64,000 bases of DNA, from contig NC_086108.1 in NCBI RefSeq assembly GCF_963921235.1, positions 15,376,001 to 15,440,000 of the forward strand, in the 5' to 3' direction. Below, piece after piece: positions 13,472 to 26,719 of the stretch (within the stretch, counting starts at the first letter, position 1; each line of letters starts with the position of its first letter). A program made the translations under genes and the position numbers. The notes beneath the pieces are model-generated. The model was not told where the DNA came from and ran no database searches. It saw only the letters and a program-made list of their open reading frames with translations. The DNA comes from Mobula hypostoma. Its lineage: Eukaryota.

Positions 13472-16359
13472 AAAGCTAGTCCCTCTCCTTTTGTATTCTC
13501 AAACTCTCCTTTTATTCACCTTTTGGGAGCTATCCCTCTGTACTTCAGTGCTATTAAGGGTCTTACCTTTAACTTTGTGCTTTCTCCTTATATTTGACCT
13601 CCCAAAATTGCAACACTTCATACTTGCTTGATTAAACTAGATCAATCATTTCTCAAAGTCGTATAAGTTCAAAGACTATTTACTATCAAACTACGTCATT
13701 ATTACAGTATTTTACTGTGACATTTTCTTGCAGGCATTTACAGAAAAAATAAACAAAATTTTATGAAAAACTATCCATGAATAACCAAAGACTGACAAAC
13801 ACCATTGTGCAAATTAAAAATTAAGTTGTGTTAACAAACTGTGCAAATAAAGCTAAGCTGAGAACTTGAGTTGCAAAGAGTGCTTGATAGTGAGTCTATA
13901 GGTTGTAGATTCATTTCAGAGTGGAGGTTGGGACTTGATGGAGGTAGGGTAATAGCTATCCCCAAACCAGGTGGTGTGGGACCTAAGGCTTCTGTATTCT
14001 TGCCCGAATGGTAGTAGTGAGAAGAAGGGATAGCCTGGGTGGTGGGAGTCCTTGATGATGGATGCTGCTTTCTTGTAGCAGTGCTTCATGTAAATGTACT
14101 CAATATTGAGGAGGACTTTGTGGTGGACTGGGCTTTACACATCCTTTTCTGTTCTGTGGCATTGGTGTTTCCAGACCAGGCTGTGATACAACCAGTCAGG
14201 ATACGCTCCACTGTGCATCTTTAGAAGTTTGTCAAAGTAGAATCTATGCAAACTTCTAAGGAAGTAGAGTTGCTGCTGCTTCACCCATAATTGTGACTCT
14301 CACTATTGTTTCTAGGTGTTAAAGGTCACAACTCTTGAAGTTTTTTATGACCTGATCTTTAGTGCTGGGGCCATGGTCCAGTGGGCTTTTGTGTAGATGT
14401 CAGGGGGCTAATTTTTCAACAATGGAGCAATCAGTTTGCCAGAGAGAGTAGCAATATCCATTGTAAAGAGATTTGAGGAAGGCATGGTTGGTCTGTTGTG
14501 AATGGAACAGGGGTGGGGGTATGTTAGAGTGTAAAAAGGCGCAGGAGGAATTGAAACAGTTAATGTGTAGTAGCAGTTAGTGTTAATACATCTGGACAGG
14601 GTAAGAGGCCAAAGGGAGGGGTGTAGGTGGATTAGGCATTATCAAGATGAGGGAAAAGATTCACAGTCTGGGGCAAGAGTTCCTAACCTATTTTATGCCA
14701 TTAAGCAAGGGGTCTTTGGATCCCAGGTCTGGGGTAAGGATTCCTGGGTAAATAAGGAAGGTCCTGGGGCAAATACAGTGAGAGAATCAACATCATGCCA
14801 GGCTCAGTCTTAGGGTGGGGACAGAGAGAATGAGGTTCTGTGGGGGACTGATCATCAAGAGTGGAGAAGATCAAGAAGAACAGTGAAACAGAAGAAGTAG
14901 GATTGGGAGGGGAGATGTAATTAAAGGAATATGAAGGGGACAAAGATCAATGGTAACAGAATTAAGAATTGTTCAACTTTATGACCTTTCTGTGGAAGGA
15001 AGCAAGTCATCTGTTGAAAGCAGATGTGGTGAAGGGTGAAGTAGAACTGGATCAGGATAGCATTGAGTCAGTGCTGTTGCTGAGAGGGGTCAAGAGAATG
15101 TACACCTCAGCATGGTTCCCAGGATGTGATGAAGCTCGCAATTTGAGAAATGCCGAACTGCTTGAATGTACCTGTGGTCTTGCACTTTCACAATCTCAAC
15201 TGTAAGGTGAAATTTTAGTTCAGATCAGCTACATGTACTTGCTCTATTCTACTTAATTGATGTTGCTGTTACTCTTTTGATAAAAAGAGTGAAGAAAAGA
15301 CTGTCTCTACAAACAGTACAAGGCAATTGAGCTGTGATCATGTACTACATTAGATAAATGCATCTATAGCAGATAGATGCTGAAATATGGCTCTTCTTGC
15401 TGACCCCCCACCCAGTCTGAAAGGACTCAACCAGCTTGGCCAGTGTTGGCACAACTGTGACATTTGGAATGAAGGTTGATGTCCCACACCGACAGCACTC
15501 TACTCTTGCTTTTTATGTGTTGTTTAGCATGGAATATTAAGTGTTCTGCTAAAGGAAGGCAACGTGGGAATAGAGGAAGATGTTTTCTTGCTTGTGTTTG
15601 ATCTAATGCCATGAAGCTCACCTGAAATCACTTAGAGGGGCCAGTATGATTACTGGTGGGATTGCACGACTGATAGGAGAGGTTATATCAAGGGATCAAT
15701 GGAGGAGTCTTGTATGTTGGCTGAAAGGTGCGATTTCATATGGACTGTGTCAGGTTATTGCTTGAATAATCAGTAAGATAACTCTCCCAATGTAGATACA
15801 AGCCTACATATGTTAATGAAGTCCTTGTCAATTCAAACCCGGTGGCTGAGAAAAAAAATTTCAGGATGTATGTTGTATACATTTCTCTGACATTAAATGT
15901 ACCTATTGAAACCTGTGGTTTTTTTTAAACTTCCTTATAAGGCTTTGATATTGAGGCATATTAACCCATTTCAGAAGACGTTTGAGACGACCACTGTGTG
16001 CTTAGAATCCCAGATAAACCAACCTAGGTGAAGAAAGCATTTTAAAGCTTGTAGCTACTATTGCCAATGCTGTGTTTTGAATTTGGATCATTTTGCACAT
16101 TTCCCTTTGAAGTTATTGAATCAGTTTTCACTCCCCTTTCACAGTGCTTTTGAGATGATAGTTTCCTCTACTGAAGAAGGGTTTTCCTCTCCAACCCTCT
16201 GGTTCTTTTGCCAGCCTTAAATTTATTTTCTTCGGTTTCTAGACTCCTGTCAATGAAATATTTGTTATCTGTTCAACCAAACCCTTTCATAATGTTAAAA
16301 ACCTTCATAAAAACGGTCGTGAATGTCCCTTAGACATGAGATTCTGAAGATACCGGTGT

Positions 16360-17250
16360 GCCTGTCCATGGTCTCCCCTAATGCTTTCATGCCAACCTCA
16401 GGTTGGAGGAGCAACACATTATATTGAATTGAATTGACTTTATTACTTGCATCCTTCACATACATGAGGAGAAAAACAATTTACGTTATGTCTCCATCTA
16501 AATTTGCAATGTCCAATTTATAGTAATTTGTAATAAATAGTATGTACAACAGGACAGTCAATATAGCATAGAAATACAATTGTATCAGCGTAAATTAATC
16601 AGTCTGATGGCCTGGTGGAAGAAGCTGTCCCGGAGCCTGTTGGTCCTTGCTTTTATGCTGCAGTACCGTTTCCCGGATGGTAGCAGCTGGAACAGTTTGT
16701 GGCTGGGGTGACTTGGGCCCCTAACAATCCTTTGGGCCCTTTTTACACACCTGTCTCTGTAAGTGTCCTGAATGCTGGGAAGTTCACATTTACAGATGCG
16801 CATCTACATATTCCGTCTGTGTAGCCTCCGCCCTGTTGGCTTGAACATTGACTTCTCCAACTTCTGGTAATTACTTCCACTTCCCCCTTCGCTCACCCAT
16901 TTCACATTCTGGTTACCCACTCACCCCTTCTCACCTGCCCATCACCTCCCTGTGGTTCCCCTCCTCCTTCCCTTTATCCCGTGGTCCACTTCTACTTAGA
17001 TTTCTCTTTCTGTAGCTCCACCTCTTGCATCTGTCACCTCCCACCTTCTTGCTTCAACTCCTTCCCCACCTGATCTTACTTATCACCTGCAAGTTATAGT
17101 CCTTCCCCTACCCTCACCTTATTCTAGCTTCTTCCCCCTTCCTTTCCAGTCCTGATGAAAGGTCGCAGCTGAAACATCAACCGTTTATTTCTGTCCATAG
17201 ATGCTGCCTAACTTGCTGAGTTCATCCAGCATTTTGTGTTTGTTGCTTCT
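16360..17250 (+). mobile_element. Penelope-like element 3' fragment (GIY-YIG C-terminus and 3' UTR), interrupted by a Rex1-type 3' end at ~16425-16807 (- strand)
   Basis: RLEEQH..FRL..L.P.GLNIDFSNF remnant, pyrimidine-rich UTR, degenerate hammerhead core ctgatga...gaaacatc at ~17147-17182; the insert encodes HPSHKLFQLLPSGKRYCSIKARTNRLRDSFF. Confidence 0.72.
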
Positions 17251-17506
17251 GAACATTCCTTGCCATGAGGCAGACCATTTCAGGGTTTTCCTCATCCTGG
17301 GTATCATTTTTCTGCACCCTATTTCTCTCATTAGTGTGCTTGCTAAAGTGTGGTGTCCAGGTGGTCCAAATGTACAAACTGCAAACTAATCTATGGTTCA
17401 GCTCTTATCAGAGTCAGAAGTTAAAGTCAGTCAAGTTTATTGTCATCTGCACAAATACAATGAAAATCTTTCTTGTTTGAGGCATCATAGTGGAGGTGGT
17501 GGTTTC

Positions 17507-20500
17507 TAATGCATCTTCAATTACTCCAAAAGACTGGAAGTAGGGTAAATACTGAAAGGCTTTTATTCACAGTAAAATATAACCTCCATGCTGAGTGTCT
17601 GCCCCTGGACTGAGGAGGAGGAGCAATGGCGAAATGGTCTTTATTCAGGGATCTGTGGGAGAAGCCACAGGGGCCGTCAGCAGAGGGGCGTGTCCAGACA
17701 GGTAACCCAGTTATGGTTTACCACATTCACCCCTCCTTTTTTTTAAAAAGAGTCCCGTGGGGTGAAGTGACTGACAATATTTAAAACAAGTATATTTACA
17801 GGTCAAGTCTATCAGGCGGTCGAGTCCGTCGCTGTGATCTACGTAGCACCGGTGGTGATTGCACCGGTGACAGCTGTTGTGCTGGCCCCGGCCTGACTTG
17901 AGGTGCCAGCACGTTAGGCGTCGGTAATCCCTCGTGCGTGTGCGTCGCGCCCGTTATGGGAGTGCCGTGGGGTGTTTCTGTAGGGGATGGCGAGGGGGAA
18001 CTGCGAGTACTCGTCGATAACGTTAAGAAAGTACACATTGCGGTCGGTGGAGGGAAGGGGGCCCTTAAAGTCAACACCCAGTCACTCAAAGGGGCGGGTG
18101 GCCTTGATGAGTTGTGCCTTTTCAGGTCGGTAGAAGTGCGGTTTGCACTCTGCGCAGACTTGGCAGTCCCTGGTCATCGTCCTGATCTCCTGAAGGGAGT
18201 AAGGCAGGTTCTGGGCTTTCACGAAGTAGAAAAGCCGGGTGACCCCCGGCTGGCAAAGATCTACATGTAGGGCGTATAGCCGGTCGATCTGCGCGCTGGC
18301 GCACATTCCCTGGGATAGGGCATCGGAGGGCTCGTTGAGCTTCCCAGGCCTGTACATGATGTCATAGTTGAAGGTGGAGAGTTTGATTCTCCACCTGAGA
18401 ATTTTATCATTTTTGATTTTGCCCCGCTGTTGGTTACTAAACGTGAATGTGACTGAGCGCTGGTCAGTTAGCAGGGGGTGAACTTTTTGCTGGCGAGATA
18501 GTGCCTCCAGTGCCTAATAGCTTCCACTATGGCCTGGGCCTCTTTCTCCACCGCGGAGCGCTGAATTTCAGGGCCTTGAAGGGTACGGGAGAAGAACGCC
18601 ACCGGTCTTCCTGCCTGGTTGAGGGTAGCAGCCAGTGCAAAGTCGGAGGCGTCACTCTCTACTTGGAAGGGAATGGCCTCATCCACCGCATGCATTGCTG
18701 CTTTGGCAATGTCCCCTTTTATGCGGCTGAAGGCCGCGTGGGCCTCGGCTGAGAGGGGGGATGTGGTGGACTTGACCAGGGGGCGGGCCTTGCCTGCGTA
18801 GTTAAAGACCCATTGGGTATAATATGAAAAGAAGCCCAGGCACCTTTTGAGGGCTCTGAGGGTGTTGGGAAGAGGGAGTTCCAACAGGGAGCGCATACGG
18901 TCGGGGTCAGGGCCAATGACTCCGTTCTCCAGGACACACCCAAGGACAGCAAGTCGGGTGATCCCGAACACACACTTGTCCTTGTTATAGGTGAGATTGA
19001 AAGCTTTGGCCGCTTGGAGAAATTTTTGGAGGTTGTTGTCGTGATCCTGCCGGTTGTGACCGCAGATGGTGATGTTATCCAGATATGGGAACATGGCCTT
19101 CAGTTGGCACTGGTCCACCATCTGGTCCATTGCCCTCTGGAAGACAGATACACTATTCGTGACACCGAAGGGGACGCGCAGGAGGTGATAAAGCCTGCCG
19201 TCCGCCTCGAAGGCGGTGTAGGGCGGTCCTCCCGGTGGATGGGGAGCTGGTGGTAAGTGGATTTTAGGTCTATGGTCGCGTACACCTTGTACTGTGCTAT
19301 CTGATTGGCCATATCCACGATGCGGGGTAGAGGGTATGCGTCGAGCTGCATGAACCTATTGGTCTGGCTATAGTCCACGACCATCCTATTTTTTTCCCCG
19401 TTCCGAACAATGACCACCTATGCCCTCCAAGGACATGTGCTTGCCTCAATGACCCCCTCCCTGAGCAGCCGCTGCACCTCCGACTTAATGAAGGCTCTGT
19501 CCCCCGCGCTGTACCTCCTGCTTTTAGTTGCCACAGGTTTACAGTCGGGGGTCAGGCTGGTGAACAGTGGTGGGGGAGAGATCTTGAGGGTGGAGAGGCC
19601 ACAAGTGGTGTCGGTAGTGCGACAGTTGGCATGGTGTTGGGTGGGATGTGCGGGTCGGTGTGTGTGTGTGGTCAGTAGCAGGGTATGTGACGTATTCCTA
19701 CAAAACTGGGGATTTGCGACAGTGATTGGTGGGAGGGGCCCATCATACTCCATTGTCACGCTTTTCAGGTGGCTCTGGAAATCGAGCCTCAACAGCACAG
19801 GGGCACACAGTTGAGGCATGAACAGTAACGTAAAGTCTCGATATTCTATGCCCTGCGCCACTAGCGTCGCTACACAATGCCCCCCCCCCCGCCCCCCGGA
19901 TGTCTGTTGTATGCGACCCGGAAGCCATGGCAATCCTCTGACTTACCAGTTGTATCGCGAGTCCGCAATGCTGCACCATGTCCGGGTGGATAAAACTTTC
20001 CATGCTGCCTATGTCAAACAGGCAGCTTGTCCTGCGCCCCTCCGCCAGGATATCCATCATTGACCTTGCCAGCTGGTGGGGAGTGCTTTGGTCGAGAGTC
20101 ACAGAGGCCAGGGTTGAGGCCATTGTCTCGCATGTGGTGGCGGCGTGCAGGGAAGATGGCAGCAGGCAAGATGGTGACCCCCATGTCTCGCATGTGGTGG
20201 CGGCGTGCAGGGAAGATTGCGGCAGGCAAGATGGCGACCCCCATGTCTTGGGCGCTGCTCGATCCCGCTCACGGTTTGGACTTACCTTGGCGAAGTGGCC
20301 CTTCTTTCCGCAGCTGGAGCAGGTAGCTTCTCGGGCCGGGCAGTGTTTCCAGGGGTGCTTCTCGAGTCTGCAGAAGTAGCACTTCGCGGACTCGCAACTG
20401 GCAGCAGCCGAGGTCGATTTGCTGGCGGGTTGCGGGGTCTGCAGTGCCCACGAGGCCATTGGGGGATCGTGTGCCTGGAGAGCCTCAGGGTTGTGCAGAA

Positions 20501-21260
20501 CGGCCTCCAGCGTGTTGGCCAGCTCGATCACCGAACTTAAGGTAAGATCAGCTTTTTCCAACAGCCGCTGGCACACTTACACTGACCTGGTCCCCGTGAC
20601 GAAGGCATCTCTCACTAGGAGCTCTGCATGCTGTCCTGCCGTTAGCCCCTGGCAATCGCAGGCCCGCACGAGCGTCTGTAGTGCCTGGACAAACTCAACA
20701 GTTGATTCCCTGGGCCGCTGGTGCCGAGTCGCAAAGCGATGCTGCGCGTAGACGGTGTTTACCAGCCACAGGTATTGTCCTTTAAGTGCGCTCATCGCGC
20801 CAACGTAGCTCGGCTGGTCTCTGATCATCGAGTAGACCCGTGGACTGACCCTGGAGAGTAGAATTCTGCGCTTCGCTGTGGAGTCGGTCGCTTCAATCGC
20901 CTCTAGGTATGATTCGAAGCAGGCCAGCCAGAGTTCGAAAGCGTTTCCAGCTTCAGGTGTTTGTGGGTTGAGGTCTAACTTGTCGGGTCTCAGAGTGCGT
21001 TCAATGCTTTAAAATTACTGCGAATAAAATTGATGCACCTTCAATTACTCCAAAAGACTGGAAGTAGGGTACATACTGAAAGGCTTTTATTCGCAGTAAA
21101 ATGTGACCTCCATGCTGAGTGTCTGCCCCTGGACTGAGGAGGAGGAGCAATGGCGAAATGTCCTCTATTCAGGGGTCTGTGGGAGGAGCCACAGGGGCAG
21201 TCAGCAGAGGGGCGTGTCCAGACAGGTAACCCAGTTACAACATATATATGGTTTACCACA
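17507..21260 (-). mobile_element. Gypsy/Ty3 LTR retrotransposon (Mag-like gag), two LTRs, decayed gag-PR-RT-RH-IN with integrase core deleted
   Basis: LTRs 17507-17725 and 21031-21260 (minus strand TGTGGTAAAC...TGCATCA; left copy ends TA); PPT next to the left LTR; TSD gtttc/gcttc; CYFC..H..C and CSSCGKKGH knuckles, FDIGS protease, LDAYPLP and YLDN RT, SDASD RNase H, H..C..C integrase Zn finger, VDFKGP..IDEYS then deletion. Confidence 0.92.
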
Positions 21261-21529
21261 GCTTCCACGTCCAAGTGAGAGAAATGAGCCGATGTTTGAC
21301 TGATTTAAACGCTGGGTGAGATTGGAAAGGTATGGGCTGAATTGAGACAGACGGGCCCAGCCCTAAGAGTGTATTGAAGCTGCAAAGCCTGGGTCTGAGA
21401 GTGAGGAACAAGTCAAGGTTTGACTGATTTAAGCACTGGGCCAGACGCGGGGGACAGGCTTCTGCTTGGCGAAATTTACTTGTCTCTGCACTGGCCTGCA
21501 ACTAATGGGCTCCTGGATTGACTGTGAAC

Positions 21530-21705
21530 ATGAGGAAATCTGCAGATGCTGGAAATTCAAGCAACACACACAAAATGCTGGTAGAACACAGCAGGCCAGG
21601 CAGCATCTATAGGAAGAGGTACAGTCGATGTCTCAGCCCGATGCGTCGATTGTACCTCTTCCTATAGATGCTGCCTAGCCTGCTCTGTTCTACCAGCATT
21701 TTGTG
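21530..21705. mobile_element. Miniature palindromic Penelope-like-derived insertion
   Basis: Inverted arms around a centre at ~21635; 16-bp TSD tggattgactgtgaac at 21514-21529 and 21706-21721. Confidence 0.85.
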
Positions 21706-22088
21706 TGGATTGACTGTGAACTCACTTTCATGAACTTTAGTTCTAAATGTTGTTTGCTTTTTTTTTATTACATGCACAATTTATTTTTCTTTCACATTGG
21801 GTGTTTTATGGTCTTTTTAAATATGTTCTATTAAGTTTCTTTGTTTTTTGGTTCCCTGTAAGGAGATGAATCTCAAGGTTGTAATAGTGCACATACTTTG
21901 ATAATAAATGTACTTTGAACTTTGTACTTAAAGCAGCATCATGGGCACATAACATCAGATAAGCAGCGTTCATAAGAAAAACAAACATATTGACAAGAAA
22001 TTATTTCTGCAATTAGAACAAGGTCCATTGTAGTGAAAAGTGGTTGCAGTATTGCTTTTCATAGATAACGATTAGGGATGTGCTAGTT

Positions 22089-22835
22089 CAGCGGTCCCCA
22101 ACCACCAAGCAAAGCATGTGCTACCGGGCCATGAGGAAACGATGAGTCAGCTGCACCTTTCCTCATTCCCTGTCACGCACTGTTGAACTTGAACATAGGA
22201 TTGCTAACTGTCCCGTATTTGCAGGGACATCCCGTATATTGGGCTAAATTAGTTTGTCCCATATGGGACCGCCCTTGTCCCGTATTTCCCCCGCTAAGGT
22301 AGAGCGTTCCTATGAAACCTTTCATGCCGAAATGGCGTAAAGTGAAAAAGCAATTACCATTAATTTATATGGGAAAAATTTTTGAGCGTTCCCAGACCCA
22401 AAAAATAACCTAACAAATCATACGAAATAACACATAACACCGAAAATAAATAACACTAACATATAGTAAAAGCAGGAATAATATGATAAATACACATGAT
22501 ATGATATAAAGTAGAAATAATGTGTGTACAGTATAGTCGGGAAGATGAAGGCAAAACTGATTTGTGGGGAAAAAAATTGGCACGTACGCGCATGCGCACA
22601 TAGGTGCCCGCGCAAGACTTCATGGTCATGGTAGTGTTTCCTGGGGTAAAGTGTCCTGGGATTTGACTGCTACTTTTGTCCCTTATTTGGGAGTGAGAAA
22701 GTTGGCAACCCTAACTGTAAAAGACATGTTGAGGTGATTTTAACCCTACTTGAACACCCTCCCCGGTCGGCCGGTCTGCAAGAATATTGTCAATATTAAA
22801 CAGGTCCGCGGTGCAAATAAGGTTGGGGACCCCTG
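22089..22835. mobile_element. Non-autonomous hAT (Charlie/Buster-type) element, composite
   Basis: TIRs cagcggtccccaacc / ggttggggacccctg; 8-bp TSD tgctagtt/tgctaatt with central TA; interior carries a Tigger end fragment. Confidence 0.82.
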
Positions 22836-23635
22836 TGCTAATTGATTCAAGAACTGAATGGTTGAAGGAAAGTATCTGTTCTTGAACTTTGTGGTGTAGG
22901 ACTTCAAGCTTCTGTACCTTTTCCCTGATAGTCATTGTGAGATGAATGGATAGCCTGGATGGTGGGGGTCTTTGTTGATCAATGTTGCCTTCTTGAGGCA
23001 GTATCTCATGTTGGGGAGGGATGAGCCCATGATGCATTGAATAGAATTCAGTACTCTGTGCTTTTTTTTTCCTACCCATTTAAATTGCTGTATCAGACCA
23101 TGATATAACCAAATAGGACACTTTCCACAGTATATCTGTAGAAGTTTGTGAGATCATTTGGAGACTTGCCGAATCTTCTTAACCTTCTAATACAGTAAAG
23201 GTGCTGGCACTCCTTCCTTGTGATTGTATCTATGGGTTGGGCCCAGGCGAGGACATCCAGTATGTTCACACACAGGACTTTAAAGCTGCTAATCCTCTCC
23301 TCTGCAGATTTCTCCCCCTTCTCCCCATGCCCTTATCCTCCTCCCCCTTACCCTTACTCAGCAAAGCCAAGAACTATTATTTTTAGATAGCCTTCTGTTC
23401 TAAATGGAATTTGGTATTGAAGGACAAGTATTTGCAGAAGAGCAGGGGAAAAGTAAGGGATTAGGACCTTACTGGGTGGCACTTTCAAAGAACTAACATA
23501 CCATATCATAACATAAATGGTCATTCAGGTTGCTATGCTGATAAATTCTGATCCGTCACTCTGTTGTTTGAATAACTTAGAACCTTTGCAGTTTACAGTA
23601 AAAGCTCTTTTCTGTAAAATGATATTACCCAAACT

Positions 23636-24270
23636 TGAGCAACACACACAAAATGCTGGTGGAACGCAGCAGGCCAGACAGCATCCATAGGAAAAAACAC
23701 AGTCGATGTTTCGGGCCGAGACCCTTCATCAAGACCAACTGAAAGAAGAGATAGAGATTTGAAAGGGGGAGGGAAGATCCAAAATGATAGGAAAGATAGG
23801 AAAGGGAGGGATAGAGCTAAGAGCTGGAAAATTGATTGGCAAAAGGGATACAAGGCTGGAGAAGGGAGTGGATCATGGGACTGGAGGCCTAGGGAGAAAG
23901 AAAGGGGGAGGGGAGCATCAGAGGAAGATGGAGAGCAGGTAAGGAGTAATTGTGAGAGGGACAGAGACAGAAAAAAGGGGAAAAAATAATAGAGTAATAA
24001 ATAAGAGATGGGGTACGAAGGGGAGGAGGGGCATTAACGGAAGTTAGAGAAGTCAATGTTCATGCCATCAGGTTGGAGGCTACCCAGATGGAACACAAGG
24101 TGTTGTTTCTCCAACCTGAGTGTGGCTTCATCTTGACAGTAGAGGAGGCCATAGATAGACATCCCAGTGGCCACACATTGTAGTTCCACGTCCCATTCTC
24201 ATTCTGATATGTCTATCTATGGCCTCTTCTACTGTCAAGATGAAGCCACACTCAGGTTGGAGGAACAACT
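23636..24270 (-). mobile_element. Penelope-like element 3' end with short inverted segment
   Basis: Same family as 45951-47197; degenerate hammerhead at 23701-23735 (-); inverted arms ~24101-24162 / ~24208-24268. Confidence 0.8.
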
Positions 24271-24391
24271 TGATTAGTTTCATTTGTGGAATAAAACATC
24301 TTGTGGGCCACTGTTTGCACTGTCTGTTAACTAACTTCTTTGTTCCTTCCTTCCCCCAAACCTTCCCACCCCTACCTCCATCCCACTTCAG

Positions 24392-24566
24392 GATAATAGA
24401 CCAGGCTACGACTAGAGAGATAGCAGCATTTCCCATATACACAGTGCTGTTCTGCGTCCGAGACGTTGATGGTACTTCAGAGAGTAATTGCTTTGCATTT
24501 ACTGAAAGTTACTGTAGTACAGAAGAGTTCCAGCTTCATGTGTTCTGTTGTGAGATCAAAGAAGCT
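24392..24566 (+). CDS. RABGAP1L: RABGAP1L internal coding exon A (PTB domain, C-terminal half)
   Basis: Pyrimidine tract + cacttcag|G acceptor, GCT|gtaagt donor; 175 nt (phase 2 to 0); encodes (R)IIDQATTREIAAFPIYTVLFCVRDVDGTSESNCFAFTESYCSTEEFQLHVFCCEIKEA, recognisable as the RABGAP1/RABGAP1L PTB domain. Confidence 0.93.
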
Positions 24567-26719
24567 GTAAGTAATGTATTTTAACTAAGTGTTGAAATTT
24601 TAGTTTTCAAAATGTTTGTGAATCAAAAGCAGAAATAATAAACCGTATATTTTTCCTTGTGTCAGCAGATTTATTTGTGAAAAATTAATATGACTATAAA
24701 TAACTTCAGTATCTGACTTCAATGCAGTTTGTATATCTGTTAGGTCTCAAAGCACATCACGTGCAATGAATTAGTGTTGAGCATTGAGCAGGTGAGTACA
24801 GCTTAATAAACACTCCACCAAACTATGACTCAGTCTATAAACTACGAGAGAGATTTATTAACTAAATTGATTAACACCAGAGAAAACTGTACGAAAGCAA
24901 ATGGTTAGTGTCAGGGTCAGAAGCAGTGGATGTTGCTTACATTAATCCACTCTCATGCCTTGTCACAACGTCTTTTGTTGAATTTTGATACAGGAGTCAG
25001 ATGCTTTACCTGTTTTCCTGATTTGGTAACACAGAAAGACTACTGAATAAGAACAAGAAATGATTGAGATAAATGTGTGAAAACGCTAGTAGTGATCAAT
25101 CAGTCCTTTTCATCAGAACTGAATTTGATGCAAGCTGTAGTGGCTCGCTCCTTTGGTTTTAGATCTAAAATGGAAGTATTTTCATTGAATCATGCCTAGC
25201 TGTTGCTCACAGAGGGACTGCCAGCCTTTTGAACTGATGTTGCTTTGTCTGATCAGCTGGAGTCTAGATGGTGTTTTCCTACTGTAACAGTAGTGGAGCT
25301 CTGCAGATGAGGGCTTTTAGAACAGAGCCAGGCTGATGGCAGTGCAGTTCAATAGACTAACAAAAGTCATCTAGCACAGGACAGACTATCCAGCCCAACA
25401 AGTCCATGCTGACACTACAGCTCCAGGATATCTTTCCTTGTCTGATCTACTAGTGAAACCCTCTGTTCACCACTTAGCAAACAAGAGTTGAAAAGGTATT
25501 TAATGACTGCTAGTGATTTTGTGAATTCTGTAAGACTGAATTTCCATTGTCTGAATAGCTGTAACAAGGAGCTACCTACACAAGAGCATGTGCTCCAGCT
25601 TTATAAAACACTGGTCAGACCTCAGATTTGAGCAATGGGCAAAGCAATAAGCTTTGTCAATAAGTGACATTAGCTCACTTCAGGATGTGGTGTTGTCCAC
25701 ACACCAGTTATCGGTATGGCAACTGCTCTGCTGGGAACCGCAGGCATCTGCTCTACAGGGAGCCTCAAGAAACTGCAGAGCTGTGGATACATCTCAGCAC
25801 AACATATAAACCAGCCTTCCCTCCATGGACTCTACACAGTTCCCACTGCCTTGGTAAAGTTGCCAAATTAATCAAAGACTCCACCCACCTTAGACATTTC
25901 CTCTTTTCTTCCCACCACCCAAATTGGAGAAGATACAAAAGCCTGAAAGCATGTATCATGGTGCGCGGACAGCTTCTATAAGACTGTTGAATGGCCCACT
26001 AGTACAATAAGATGGATTCTTGACTTCACAGTCTATCTTGTTATGGCCTTGCATCTTATTTTCAGCCTTGCACTGTACTTTCTCTGTAACTGTGATACTT
26101 TATTCTGCATTCATTATTTATTTGTTATTATGACAATAAACTTTCCAATATTATTGTTTTCCCTTGTACTGTCTCAATGTACCATTATGATGAAATGATC
26201 TGTATGGATGACATACAAAACAAAGTTTTTCATGTGACAATAATAAACAATTTACCAATTTCCTTTCAGATAGGTAATAAGTTGTCACTGGGTACAACTG
26301 ACTTGGTTCAGTATTCCTGCTCTGAATCCAGTGCTACCTTTTAAATGTAGTGTTTCAATCAATCTGGATGATACTTATAACTAATCCTGCACCTACGTTG
26401 TCTACACGTGCAGTACCTGAGGTAGGCTGAGCACTGTGAGTATGCGTGTTGAAGAAATGCCAATTTCAGGCTGAAACCCTGCATCAGGGGTCTTCCCTCC
26501 CTCTCCCCACCCCATGCACAGATGATGCTCAACCAGGCTGAATTCCTCCAGCAAATGGTGTTGCTTCAGATTACAGCAAATGCAGTCTCTAGTGTCTCCT
26601 CTGACTTAATGACTTGCTTAGTTTTAATGCTGGGATAATGTCCTTTTATTTTGGAACCCTTCAGCAGAGAAAAGGTTATCACCATTGATATCCTGAAATG
26701 TCTTAGATCATCCAACACT

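Noticed and set aside
12630..17500. Search for an upstream RABGAP1L exon (PTB N-terminal half) here, and for the exon following exon F after 55187
   Set aside because: No matching peptide with splice sites was found by eye; these exons probably lie outside the window
24219..24584. 121-aa ORF apparently fusing PLE sequence to the RABGAP1L PTB exon
   Set aside because: A chance open frame upstream of a strong acceptor at 24391; the exon phase fits normal splicing
26455..26600. Additional hammerhead-like remnant (ctgatgc...cctgaaat on the minus strand)
   Set aside because: The core is mutated and stems I and III are not recoverable; too degenerate to call
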